DNA of 35,266 nt, from the NCBI GenBank assembly GCA_964423235.1, contig CAYREJ010000001.1, forward strand, positions 1-35,266, read 5' to 3'. This document shows positions 17,213-26,034 of this stretch, one piece after another; the first letter of the stretch is position 1, and every line of letters starts with the position of its first letter. The notes below the pieces were generated by a model, which did not search any database, was not told the DNA's origin, and saw only the letters and a program-made list of their open reading frames with translations. The stretch comes from an uncultured Acidobacteriota bacterium. Lineage in GTDB: Bacteria > Acidobacteriota > HRBIN11 > MFGW01. Made by a program: the position numbers and the translations under genes.

Positions 17213-18493
17213 CTATCTGACTTTTCTTAAATGAGTGCGAGTAAAATTCCTTCGCTGATATTTTTTGATCCCGATCGGCATTAAAGTAGGTAAGCTTCCA
17301 TTAGCAACTCCTGCGACTCCTTCTCTTAAAACAGGTTCAGTAGCAGCAAGGGGATTATCTTCAAATCTTGCAATAACTCCTTGATAATTTCTCAAAACAA
17401 CAGAATCCTCTGTCATTGATATCAAATAATTCGGCTGAATAGGAACTTTTCCTAATCCACCAGGAACATCTATGACATAAGTCGGAACTCCTAAACCTGA
17501 AATATGCCCTCTTAATCCTTCCATTATTTCTATTCCTTTCCTTATAGAGGTGCAAAAATGCAAAGTTCCTCTCACAGCATCGCAATGAAATAAATAATAA
17601 GGTCTAACTTTTATCTTAAGTAATCCTTGATTTAACTTTCTCTGAATCTCTACGCTATCATTAATTCCTTTTAGCAGAACTGCTTGATTATTAATGGGAC
17701 ATCCTGCTTTTAACAATTTGTCGCAAGCTTCAGCAGCTTCCGGAGTTATCTCATTTGGATGATTAAAATGAGTATTTATCCAAATTGGATTATACTTCTG
17801 AAGCATATCGGTCAGCTCAGTAGTTATTCGCTGGGGTAAAGTAACTGGAACCCTTGTTCCAATCCTTAAAATTTCTACATGAGGAATTGCTCTTAATTTC
17901 TGCAGAATATATTCCAGAGAAGGAGTTCCCAATGTAAGAGGGTCCCCACCTGAAATTATTACATCTTTTATTCTGGGATTTTTAGATATGTAATCAGCAG
18001 CTCTATCTATCAAAAAGCGAGGATAAACATTTTCCTTGCCCTCCCATTCTCTTTTTCTGGTGCAATGACGACAATACATAGGACAAATATTTGTAACGAC
18101 TAAAAGAACTCTATCAGGATATCTGTGAGTAAGTCCCGGAACGGGCATATCTCTTTCTTCACTAAGTGGGTCTTCAAGAGCATCTTGCATATAAGCTATT
18201 TCTTCAATTTGAGGTAACGCTTGCAATAATATAGGATCATTAGGATTATTGAAATCAATTAGAGAAAAATAGTAGGGAGTGATAGCCATATGGTATCTTG
18301 GAAGAATTAACTTGAGTTTTTCTTCATAATCAGGGGAGAGGTAAATGAACTTCTTTAAATCTTCAATACTTCTGATGCGATTACGCATCTGCCATTTCCA
18401 ATCTTTCCATTCCTGAATACTTACTCCTTGCCATAATTCAGGAATGGAACTTATAGGCAAAGGGTCTTCAAGTTGGGGTGAGGGATTTTCCAT
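17213..18493 (-). CDS. kamA: L-lysine 2,3-aminomutase (KamA family radical SAM/PLP enzyme)
   Basis: 426 aa. WKDWKWQMRNRI, MAITPYYFSLID, radical-SAM CPMYCRHCTRK, SGGDPL, NTHFNHPNEIT, VIDVPGGLGK. GGAGG SD. Confidence 0.92.
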   Translation of the reverse strand: MENPSPQLEDPLPISSIPELWQGVSIQEWKDWKWQMRNRIRSIEDLKKFIYLSPDYEEKLKLILPRYHMAITPYYFSLIDFNNPNDPILLQALPQIEEIAYMQDALEDPLSEERDMPVPGLTHRYPDRVLLVVTNICPMYCRHCTRKREWEGKENVYPRFLIDRAADYISKNPRIKDVIISGGDPLTLGTPSLEYILQKLRAIPHVEILRIGTRVPVTLPQRITTELTDMLQKYNPIWINTHFNHPNEITPEAAEACDKLLKAGCPINNQAVLLKGINDSVEIQRKLNQGLLKIKVRPYYLFHCDAVRGTLHFCTSIRKGIEIMEGLRGHISGLGVPTYVIDVPGGLGKVPIQPNYLISMTEDSVVLRNYQGVIARFEDNPLAATEPVLREGVAGVANGSLPTLMPIGIKKYQRRNFTRTHLRKVR

Positions 18494-18556
18494 TTTTTCT
18501 CCTCCAAACTATAAATAATTTTAAATAATATATCTTCATTATTTTATCAAAATGAA

Positions 18557-18584
18557 ATTATATTCCTTTAAAAAATATTGTCAA
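18557..18584 (-). promoter_or_regulatory. Consensus sigma70 promoter TTGACA-N16-TATAAT for the kamA operon
   Basis: rc of 18579-18584 is TTGACA and rc of 18557-18562 is TATAAT. A ~60-nt leader ends in GGAGG-N8-ATG. Confidence 0.6.
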
Positions 18585-18648
18585 GCAATTTTCATAAAAT
18601 TAAGAAAAAATATTTTATCATAAAATTGGGCTCTAAACCTTAATATTA

Positions 18649-18723
18649 CTTTGTTATCTTTGTGATATCTTTGTGTCCTCTATGGAAAAATAAATAATAA
18701 ACCACAAAGAAAACAAAGAAAAG
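18649..18723. repeat. Palindromic copy of the heptad repeat family in the kamA/rtcB divergent region
   Basis: ctttgttatctttgtgatatctttgtgtcctctatgg (18649-18685), a 15-nt A-rich loop, then accacaaagaaaacaaagaaaag (18701-18723). Confidence 0.6.
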
Positions 18724-18822
18724 CAGATAAAACTTTGTTTACCTTGCATTTGGTTAATTATGAACAGTTGCTTAAATTTGCAATTATTCAGTATTTTCCA
18801 AATCCTATCACCTATATTAAAT

Positions 18823-18851
18823 TTGCAAATTGCTTAACATAAGATTAAAAT
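18823..18851 (+). promoter_or_regulatory. Candidate sigma70 promoter TTGCAA-N17-TAAAAT for rtcB, with its -35 inside a 12-nt palindrome
   Basis: TTGCAA 18823-18828, TAAAAT 18846-18851. Palindrome aatttgcaaatt 18820-18831. The word taaatttgcaa also occurs at 18773-18783. Confidence 0.45.
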
Positions 18852-18888
18852 AAATGATAACAATTCTTTGAAAGAAGGAAAAAATAAT

Positions 18889-20331
18889 ATGGCAAGAGAA
18901 TTAAAAAAAATTAGCGATTGCATATGGGAAATAGAACCGGAAGCAAGGATGAATGTTCCGGTAAGAATATATGCAAATGAAAGAATTTTAGAAGATATAA
19001 AGCATGACGAGAGTATAGCACAAGCATGCAATGTAGCAACACTTCCGGGTATTCAAAAATATTCTTTAGCAATGCCTGATATACACTCTGGATATGGTTT
19101 TCCCATCGGAGGAGTTGCGGCATTTGATTATCAAGAAGGAATAATATCACCTGGTGGTGTCGGATACGATATTAATTGCGGTGTCAGAGTAGCTAAGACA
19201 TTATTAGAATTAAAGGATGTTAAAGATAAATTAAGGGAGATTGTAGATAGCATATTTAGGAATGTGCCAAGCGGATTAGGTTCTTCAGGAGCTATACCTA
19301 AGCTAAAAGAAAAAGATTTAAAAGAAGTAATGATAAAAGGTGCAAGGTGGTCAATAGAGCATGGATTTGGAGAGGAAAGCGATTTAGAATATTGTGAAGA
19401 GAGGGGTTGCATAGAAGGAGCTGATCCGGAAATAATCTCTTCAAGGGCAATTGAACGGGGTCAAGACCAAGTAGGAACAGTTGGTTCCGGCAATCATTTC
19501 GTTGAAATAGACTATGTTGATGAAATATACGATGAGAAAATAGCTAATGCTTTAGGTTTAAAAAAGAATTTAATAATAGTTCAACTTCATTCTGGTTCAA
19601 GAGGTTTTGGTTATCAGGTTTGCGATGATTTTATAAGAATAATGAGAAATGCTTCTTCAAAATACAATATTTATTTGGCTGATAGACAATTAGGATGTGC
19701 CCCAATTCAATCTAAAGAAGGGAAAGATTATTTTGCAGCTATGGCTTGCGCGGCTAATTATGCCTGGGCAAATCGTCAAACAATAATGTATTTAACAGGA
19801 GAAGCTATAAGAAAGGCACTTAATATGAGCAAAAAAGAATTAGGATTGCAATTAATTTACGATGTAGCACATAACATAGCAAAGATAGAAGAGCATATTA
19901 TTGATGGGAAAAAGAAGAAAGTCTGCGTTCATAGGAAAGGAGCGACACGCGCTTTCGCTGCAAACAATAAAGAATTACCATCTAAGTACATGAAGATTGG
20001 GCAGCCGGTGCTAATCCCCGGAGATATGGGAACTAATTCATATATTTTAATTGGAAACGAAACAGCAATGCAAGAAACTTTTGGAAGCACTTGTCATGGC
20101 GCTGGAAGATTAATGTCCAGAGCTGCTGCAAAAAAATCATCGCAAGGCAGAGATATAGTAAAGGAATTAGAGAAATCCGGTATAATAGTTCGTTCAGATA
20201 GCAAAGCTACTTTAATGGAAGAAATTCCTGAGGCTTATAAAGATGTGTCCATAGTGGTTGATGTTGTTCATAAAGCAGGATTAGCAAAGAAAGTAGCTCG
20301 TTTGCGCCCTATTGGTGTAGCAAAAGGATAA
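18889..20331 (+). CDS. rtcB: RNA-splicing ligase RtcB (3'-phosphate/5'-hydroxyl RNA ligase)
   Basis: Motifs GYDINCGVR, GSGNHFVE, HSGSRGFG, HRKGATRA, GSTCHGAGR. ATG at 18889 follows AAGGAA. The track start at 18868 is a TTG. Confidence 0.93.
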   Translation: MARELKKISDCIWEIEPEARMNVPVRIYANERILEDIKHDESIAQACNVATLPGIQKYSLAMPDIHSGYGFPIGGVAAFDYQEGIISPGGVGYDINCGVRVAKTLLELKDVKDKLREIVDSIFRNVPSGLGSSGAIPKLKEKDLKEVMIKGARWSIEHGFGEESDLEYCEERGCIEGADPEIISSRAIERGQDQVGTVGSGNHFVEIDYVDEIYDEKIANALGLKKNLIIVQLHSGSRGFGYQVCDDFIRIMRNASSKYNIYLADRQLGCAPIQSKEGKDYFAAMACAANYAWANRQTIMYLTGEAIRKALNMSKKELGLQLIYDVAHNIAKIEEHIIDGKKKKVCVHRKGATRAFAANNKELPSKYMKIGQPVLIPGDMGTNSYILIGNETAMQETFGSTCHGAGRLMSRAAAKKSSQGRDIVKELEKSGIIVRSDSKATLMEEIPEAYKDVSIVVDVVHKAGLAKKVARLRPIGVAKG

Positions 20332-20351
20332 TGTTTTAATTCTACTGCATT

Positions 20352-20612
20352 TCAAAGCTCTTCTGAAATGAGCTCTTCCTTACCCAATCGCTTAATTATA
20401 GTTGTAGGATGAAGTGCAGATAAAACAATATGACCACTATCCATAATTAAAATAGCGCGCGTTTGCCTTCCGGATGTTGCATCAATTAATTTCCCTTGCT
20501 TGCGAGCCTCTTCTCTTAATCTCTTTATAGGAAGCGATTTTGGAGCTACTATACTAATTATCCTTGATGCCATCACAACATTTCCAAATCCTATGTTTAT
20601 TATTCCTTTCAT
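20352..20612 (-). CDS. remA: RemA/DUF370 family regulator
   Basis: [32 protein letters not shown]...[25 protein letters not shown] is collinear with Bacillus RemA (YlzA). Start placed at the internal ATG preceded by GGGGGG; the longer track ORF adds 24 unlikely residues. Confidence 0.85.
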   Translation of the reverse strand: MKGIINIGFGNVVMASRIISIVAPKSLPIKRLREEARKQGKLIDATSGRQTRAILIMDSGHIVLSALHPTTIIKRLGKEELISEEL

Positions 20613-20831
20613 TTTACCCCCCAAACTTCTCGGAGAATCCTTCTCGGATTCCTCCTTTCCCTGGTCAAAATCTGATTTATTCATAAATTCTCCCCTTTAC
20701 TATATCTCTTATCTAATTTATCTTTTTTATTGTTTTTCATCTTTCTAATAATAGCATTCAATTTTTTTATTAATTCCAAAATCATATTATTACATTTACT
20801 GAATCATATATTTTTTTTAATAAAAAAAATT

Positions 20832-21713
20832 TTATTCTAAATTTTGAACTTGCTGTCTTAATTTTTCAATTTCGAATTTTAATTCCAATGTTAAATTAGA
20901 AATATCATTTAGTAATGATTTGCTAAGAATAGTCTGGACTTCTCTGCTTGCTTCTTGTAAAAGAAAATCCAATTCTTTCCCTACTTGCTCTTTTGTATTA
21001 AGAATATTTTCAATTCTTTTAAAATGAGTATCTAAGCGCGTAATTTCCTCAGTAAGATCTGATTTTATTAAATAGTAAAATATTTCTTCAGATAATCGCT
21101 GCGGTTGTATTTTGTCTTGCATTTTCATCTCTTGAACTTTCCTGTTAATATTCTCTTCTATGATTTTTTTATTTTTATCAATCAGGATCTTTAATTCTTT
21201 AATATTGATATTACATTTATTAACAATTGATAAGATTGATTCTAAAATTAAACTACCTTCTTGCAGACGGGCGTTTCTTAATTCTTCTAATAGCTTATCC
21301 CAATTCTCAAAAAAAACAGGCTCAATTAATTCTTTAATTTTATTTTCATCAATTATCAAATTGAATACACCAGGTAAATTCAAAAGATTTCCCAATTCAA
21401 TTTTATAATTTTCACTTTGAAAGAACCTAAAATTTTCCAAACTATTAATTATTTTATTTAATAGGTCTTTATTTATAAACGGAGATAAAAATTCTGTGCT
21501 TAAAAATTTAATCGAGGCTGTTCCTTCTATTTTGCCTCTAAAAAATAATTTTGAAATTCGTTTTCTGGCTTCTTGCTCCAAGAAAGTTAATTCTTTGCTA
21601 AAGAAAATATTGATATCCAAGAATCTATGATTTAGGCTTCTTAATTCCATTTTCAATATAAAATGAGGAGTAGAAATAAATTTCTTTGCATATCCGGTCA
21701 TGCTACTAATCAT
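20832..21713 (-). CDS. yicC: YicC family stress-induced protein / endoribonuclease
   Basis: 293 aa. N-terminal SMTGYA, C-terminal DUF1732-type EEITRLDTHF...GKELDFLLQEASREVQTILSKS. GGAGGG SD. Confidence 0.88.
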   Translation of the reverse strand: MISSMTGYAKKFISTPHFILKMELRSLNHRFLDINIFFSKELTFLEQEARKRISKLFFRGKIEGTASIKFLSTEFLSPFINKDLLNKIINSLENFRFFQSENYKIELGNLLNLPGVFNLIIDENKIKELIEPVFFENWDKLLEELRNARLQEGSLILESILSIVNKCNINIKELKILIDKNKKIIEENINRKVQEMKMQDKIQPQRLSEEIFYYLIKSDLTEEITRLDTHFKRIENILNTKEQVGKELDFLLQEASREVQTILSKSLLNDISNLTLELKFEIEKLRQQVQNLE

Positions 21714-21755
21714 TTTTGCCCTCCCTGCCTGAATTAATAAAAATTATTTATGAAT

Positions 21756-23474
21756 TTAATCAAGCATTTGAAGTTCATATAATCTTGAATATAGAGGTTC
21801 ATTTCTCAATAGGTATTCATGATTGCCAATAGCTTTTATTGTGCCCTCATCAAGAACAACGATAAAATCAATATTGCTCAAGCTCGCTAAATGATGAGTA
21901 ATTATAAAGGCAGTTCTATTCTTTAATAAATTTTCCAAAGCTTCTTGAATATAAGCAATTGATTCAGCATCCAGAGCAGCAGTAGCTTCATCTAAAATAA
22001 GGATTTCCGGATTTTTTAAAATTGCCCTAGCTATAGCGATTCTTTGTTTTTGCCCAGTTGAAAGAGATTGACCCCAATCTCCCAAAACAGTATCATAACC
22101 GTTCTGCAATTCCATTATAAAATCATGAGCATAAGCAGCTTTTGCAGCTCGGATTATCATATCTTCATCTACATCTTCTAATCCATAAGCAATATTGTTT
22201 TTAATAGTATCATTAAATAAAATCGTTTCTTGAGTAACAATCCCAATTTTATTTCTCAAATCTTTTAAAGAGATTTTTTGTATATCAATTCCATCAATTA
22301 ATATTTGCCCTTCCGTAGGGTCATACAGACGAGGTATTAAATTAACTAAAGTTGATTTTCCTACACCACTGGAACCAATAATAGCTACCTTTTGCCCAAC
22401 TTTAACTTCTAAATTTATATTTCTCAAGATATCATTGCTATTATATCTAAAAGAAACATTTCTAAATTCAATTTTTTCCCTTATTTTTCTTAAAGGCAAT
22501 GGATAAGGATCTTCATTAATCCTTATATCTTCATCTAAAATCTCAAAAACCCTTGAAGAAGCTGCTGAAGCTTCTTGAATAACATTGTTTACTCTACTTA
22601 ATTTTTTAATAGGAGCATACATGAAAAATAAAGCTGTTAAAAAAGAAGTAATTTTACCCGGAGTGCTATATCCGATCCTTATTTGATAATTAGCATAAAT
22701 CAATACTAAAATAGCTCCGATACCCCCTATAAATTCCATCAACGGTGTAGATAAAGAAACTATCCTGCTTGCATGTAAATTCGCTAATAAGACTTTATTT
22801 AAAATTTTTTTAAATTTTTTTAATTGAAAATTTTCCATACAAAAGGCTTTAATAATTCTTGTTGCATACACCATTTCGCCTAAAAGATGAGTTAATTCAG
22901 CGATATTTTCTTGCCCGGTTGAACTAACTTTTCTTAATTTTTCACCTAAACGAATTATAGGATAAATGACAAGCGGAAGCAATATAGATGAAGCAAATGC
23001 AAGCTTCCAGTCAAGCCAAAAAATATATATAAGTAATCCTAAAAGCGTCAATCCTTCTTTTAGCAAATCCCCAACGGTCTGAGAAACAGCAAGTTTTATT
23101 TTTTCAGTATCAGAAATAACTCTTGATTGCAAATGACCTGCTTTATAATTTTGAATATGAGAAATTGATTGATTTATTAAATGATTAAACATTACAAACC
23201 TTAAATCTCTTATAATTCTTAAGCCTATGCTTTCCATCATATAAGAAGAAAAATATGAAGAGACGCCTTTACCGAAATAAAAAAATAAAATCATTAAACA
23301 AACAGCAAATAAAGCTTTAGAATTTGAATTTATTAATACATCATCCATTAAGCTTTTAACTACCCAAGTTAATAGAGCAGTAAATACAGCTACCAATACC
23401 ATATTTACTAAAGCAAAAAAAAGCCTTGCTTTATAAGGATTAAGGAATTTTATTAATCTCCAAAAATCTTTCAT
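21756..23474 (-). CDS. ABC exporter, fused permease/ATPase (MsbA-like lipid/glycolipid flippase family)
   Basis: 572 aa. Six-TM N-terminal half, Walker A GSSGVGKST, signature LSTGQKQR, Walker B ILILDEAT. Substrate cannot be assigned by eye. Confidence 0.88.
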   Translation of the reverse strand: MKDFWRLIKFLNPYKARLFFALVNMVLVAVFTALLTWVVKSLMDDVLINSNSKALFAVCLMILFFYFGKGVSSYFSSYMMESIGLRIIRDLRFVMFNHLINQSISHIQNYKAGHLQSRVISDTEKIKLAVSQTVGDLLKEGLTLLGLLIYIFWLDWKLAFASSILLPLVIYPIIRLGEKLRKVSSTGQENIAELTHLLGEMVYATRIIKAFCMENFQLKKFKKILNKVLLANLHASRIVSLSTPLMEFIGGIGAILVLIYANYQIRIGYSTPGKITSFLTALFFMYAPIKKLSRVNNVIQEASAASSRVFEILDEDIRINEDPYPLPLRKIREKIEFRNVSFRYNSNDILRNINLEVKVGQKVAIIGSSGVGKSTLVNLIPRLYDPTEGQILIDGIDIQKISLKDLRNKIGIVTQETILFNDTIKNNIAYGLEDVDEDMIIRAAKAAYAHDFIMELQNGYDTVLGDWGQSLSTGQKQRIAIARAILKNPEILILDEATAALDAESIAYIQEALENLLKNRTAFIITHHLASLSNIDFIVVLDEGTIKAIGNHEYLLRNEPLYSRLYELQMLD

Positions 23475-23487
23475 TTTCTAATCGCTA

Positions 23488-23516
23488 ATTATATTTTAAG
23501 CATCTCTTAATGTCAA
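23488..23516 (-). promoter_or_regulatory. Consensus sigma70 promoter TTGACA-N17-TATAAT for the MsbA-like gene
   Basis: rc of 23511-23516 is TTGACA and rc of 23488-23493 is TATAAT. Only 13 nt lie between the -10 and the ATG at 23474, with no SD. The IS left end lies 10 nt upstream of the -35. Confidence 0.55.
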
Positions 23517-23525
23517 TTGCTAAAA

Positions 23526-23551
23526 AGGTAACTGGTCAGTTTTCTCCAAAA
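23526..23551. repeat. IS left terminal inverted repeat
   Basis: aggtaactggtcagttttctccaaaa. It abuts the transposase stop codon at 23552. Confidence 0.85.
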
Positions 23552-25006
23552 TTATTTATTTAGGATTATATTTTTAAGATCAGATATAGTAGATAAATTT
23601 TTCATTTTAAGAGTTTGAAATACACTCATATTAACTGCATGGATATAAGATCCTTTATTACTTCGAGAACCACCAGATATTTTTCTTGATACTACGATAG
23701 GACGTAATGTTCTTTCAGCAAGATTATTTGTTAAAGGAACATTTTCATAAAGCAATGCAGTTAATAAATTAACATTTTGCTTATCTATTCTTTTCTGAAT
23801 CCTTTTAGCATCTTTATATTTATAGCTATAATTTATAATATCATTAATTGCCTGAATAAATTGATTATAGTAATCAATTCTTTCCTCTTTATCAAAAGGT
23901 TTTTTGATAATCTCTGATAATTTTGAATACATATCTTTAAGCATTGCGTATAGCTTTATCACTTCATCTGAGGCAGATTCCCTTTCTGCTTCTTCTCTGC
24001 ATGCTCTTAGTAAATGAGCCCAGCAACTTTGATGCTTCATTTTAATATTTCTATAAGCATAATAGTCATCCCTGACAATTACAAAATCCTCTGGCGAACC
24101 CCTATAAAAATTATGAGGTATGGCTTTTCCTCTACTGTTTGTAATCATATAGTAAACTGCTTTAGGAATAGAAAAAGACCATACCCAACAATTATTGCCA
24201 TTTATCCTCCAGCTTGTTTCATCTGCACAACTATAAACCGATGATTTTATCTCTTCCTTTATCTTTTCATAATAAGAACCTAACCATTTGCTTGCTTTAT
24301 GTAATAAATTAACTACGCCAGCTTTACTTACTTTTAATCCAAAAAGTATTTTTATAGATTCAACAATCGAATCTAAAGATGATCTCATGCCATATCTTAA
24401 ATTCATTACATAAAGTAATGTATTTATGCCAAGCCTGCTTTTAGGTATTACTTCAGAAGGGATACCCACAACCTCCTTTTTGCATTTACTACACCACTGC
24501 CTCATTATCTTATATAATATAACTTTATATCGCAAATATTCAAATGAAGGAATGTCCTCCACTATATGCTCATAATATGAATTATTAAGACTAAGCAAAT
24601 TATCGCAAAATGGACAACGTCTAATAAATACTTCCTTGTACTCATCTATTTTTTCAGGCTTCTTACGCCCACTCCCTTTATGACCCTTCTTTGCCCCTAC
24701 CTTCTTGCTCTCAATAACTTCTTTAGGTACTTCCCCTTCCTTTGTCTCAGCCTTCTTACTCTTTTTGCTTCTTTTGAATATGATGCTATTGTACCTATCT
24801 ATCGTTGATCTAAGTTTTTCTATAGTCTCCTTTAATTCACTATTTTCCTTTTTTAATCTCCTTATTTCTTTATTTTGTTCCTTTACCCTCTTAATAAGGC
24901 TTTCTATCTTATTATTCTTTTTATTTAAACTATTCTTTAATGATTTAATATGAATTACTAACTTCCTTTTTTCTTCATCACTACTACGCCATTTTAAATT
25001 AATCAT
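23552..25006 (-). CDS. IS66 family DDE transposase (TnpC-type)
   Basis: 484 aa. N-terminal leucine-zipper coiled coil, zinc-finger CPFCDN...CSKCKK, ADETSWRINGNNCWVW, HQSCWAHLLR, TNNLAERTLRPIVVSRKISGGSRS. Confidence 0.88.
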   Translation of the reverse strand: MINLKWRSSDEEKRKLVIHIKSLKNSLNKKNNKIESLIKRVKEQNKEIRRLKKENSELKETIEKLRSTIDRYNSIIFKRSKKSKKAETKEGEVPKEVIESKKVGAKKGHKGSGRKKPEKIDEYKEVFIRRCPFCDNLLSLNNSYYEHIVEDIPSFEYLRYKVILYKIMRQWCSKCKKEVVGIPSEVIPKSRLGINTLLYVMNLRYGMRSSLDSIVESIKILFGLKVSKAGVVNLLHKASKWLGSYYEKIKEEIKSSVYSCADETSWRINGNNCWVWSFSIPKAVYYMITNSRGKAIPHNFYRGSPEDFVIVRDDYYAYRNIKMKHQSCWAHLLRACREEAERESASDEVIKLYAMLKDMYSKLSEIIKKPFDKEERIDYYNQFIQAINDIINYSYKYKDAKRIQKRIDKQNVNLLTALLYENVPLTNNLAERTLRPIVVSRKISGGSRSNKGSYIHAVNMSVFQTLKMKNLSTISDLKNIILNK

Positions 25007-25934
25007 TTAATAATCTCTCCCTTGCTTTCTTTATTAAAGGATATACATAAACATCCTTCTGTATCCCATGATAAAAATAATTCATCCCGCTCCTTCCTTT
25101 CCCCTTTGTCCTTCCTAAATATATCCAATTAGCTGCTTTATAACTTGTCCCAGAAAATCTATCTACTTCTACAAAAGTTTCTATTAGCATAGGCTCATAT
25201 CCATAATATGCACCCCAATCTTGTCTTATCCTTCTTGATATAGATGCCAATATCTTAGATGATAAATACTTTACCTTTACCCAAGGTAATATCAAATATC
25301 TACTATTATTTATTATTAAATGTAAATTCTTCTTCCTTCTTTCTGCATCCCATCCTATCCATTTATCCCTTATATTTAAATGCAATACAGCATCTGAAAA
25401 TCCTATGCATGCTACTAATTTATCATCCAAATAAATTAAATACTTTATGTAATGCCCTACTAATACCTTATATCCTTTGTAATGATAATTATAAATTAAA
25501 TAATCCCATAACCCTTCTTTATCTTTTCCTCTTGCTATCTCAAATCTTATTTCCTTGAATTGCCCTGCCTTGCCTGTAATCTCTTCCTTAACAATATCAA
25601 ATTTAATCTGATCCCTTAATGCTCCTCCTTTATTCTTCTGCCTCCTTTTTAATCTTATAGGAGGACAATATATTAATCCAGCTTTATGCATCCTTAATAA
25701 TACATCCCTACAGGCTCTGTCTTTTAATACACCATTTGCTTGCCTCCAATTTAAAAGCTTACATATCAGCTTGGATTGAAAAGTCCTACTGCTATCCCCA
25801 TAATCTTTTAAAACATTCTTTATAATCTCTATATCTTCTTGACTGAATTCCTTTCCTCTAAATATGTATTTTTTATTGCATTCATTGTTTTTATCATTCA
25901 TATATATAGTATAATGATTTTGCTTAGCGTGCAC
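24999..25934 (-). CDS. DUF4338-like (DruA-like) protein encoded as the first gene of the IS
   Basis: Segment HYKGYKVLVGHYIKYLIYLDDKLVACIGFSDAVLHLNIRDKWIGWDAERRKKNLHLIINNSRYLILPWV...LIETFVEVDRFSGTSYKAANWIYLGRTKGKGRSG matches my recollection of the DUF4338 consensus. GTG at 25934 or ATG at 25901. Its stop overlaps the tnp ATG (ATGATTAA). Confidence 0.7.
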   Translation of the reverse strand: MHAKQNHYTIYMNDKNNECNKKYIFRGKEFSQEDIEIIKNVLKDYGDSSRTFQSKLICKLLNWRQANGVLKDRACRDVLLRMHKAGLIYCPPIRLKRRQKNKGGALRDQIKFDIVKEEITGKAGQFKEIRFEIARGKDKEGLWDYLIYNYHYKGYKVLVGHYIKYLIYLDDKLVACIGFSDAVLHLNIRDKWIGWDAERRKKNLHLIINNSRYLILPWVKVKYLSSKILASISRRIRQDWGAYYGYEPMLIETFVEVDRFSGTSYKAANWIYLGRTKGKGRSGMNYFYHGIQKDVYVYPLIKKARERLLND

Positions 25935-26034
25935 AAGGGGTTTTTCATATATTTTAAAAAAAATTTTTGCTCTAAGATCTTTTTGCCTTGCTAAACTACT
26001 TCTTATTTGAATAAAAAACCTTTATTTACCTTAG

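Noticed and set aside
18494-18556. Lysine riboswitch (L-box) in the kamA leader
   Set aside because: The predicted leader is only ~60 nt and very AT-rich, far shorter than the ~180-nt L-box, and I recognised none of its conserved helices.
18740-18775. Sigma54 (-24/-12) promoter upstream of rtcB, as in RtcR-regulated loci
   Set aside because: The only GG...GC candidate (tggttaattatgaacagttgc) has 17-nt spacing instead of the required 11 nt between the GG and the GC. No rtcR-like activator gene is present.
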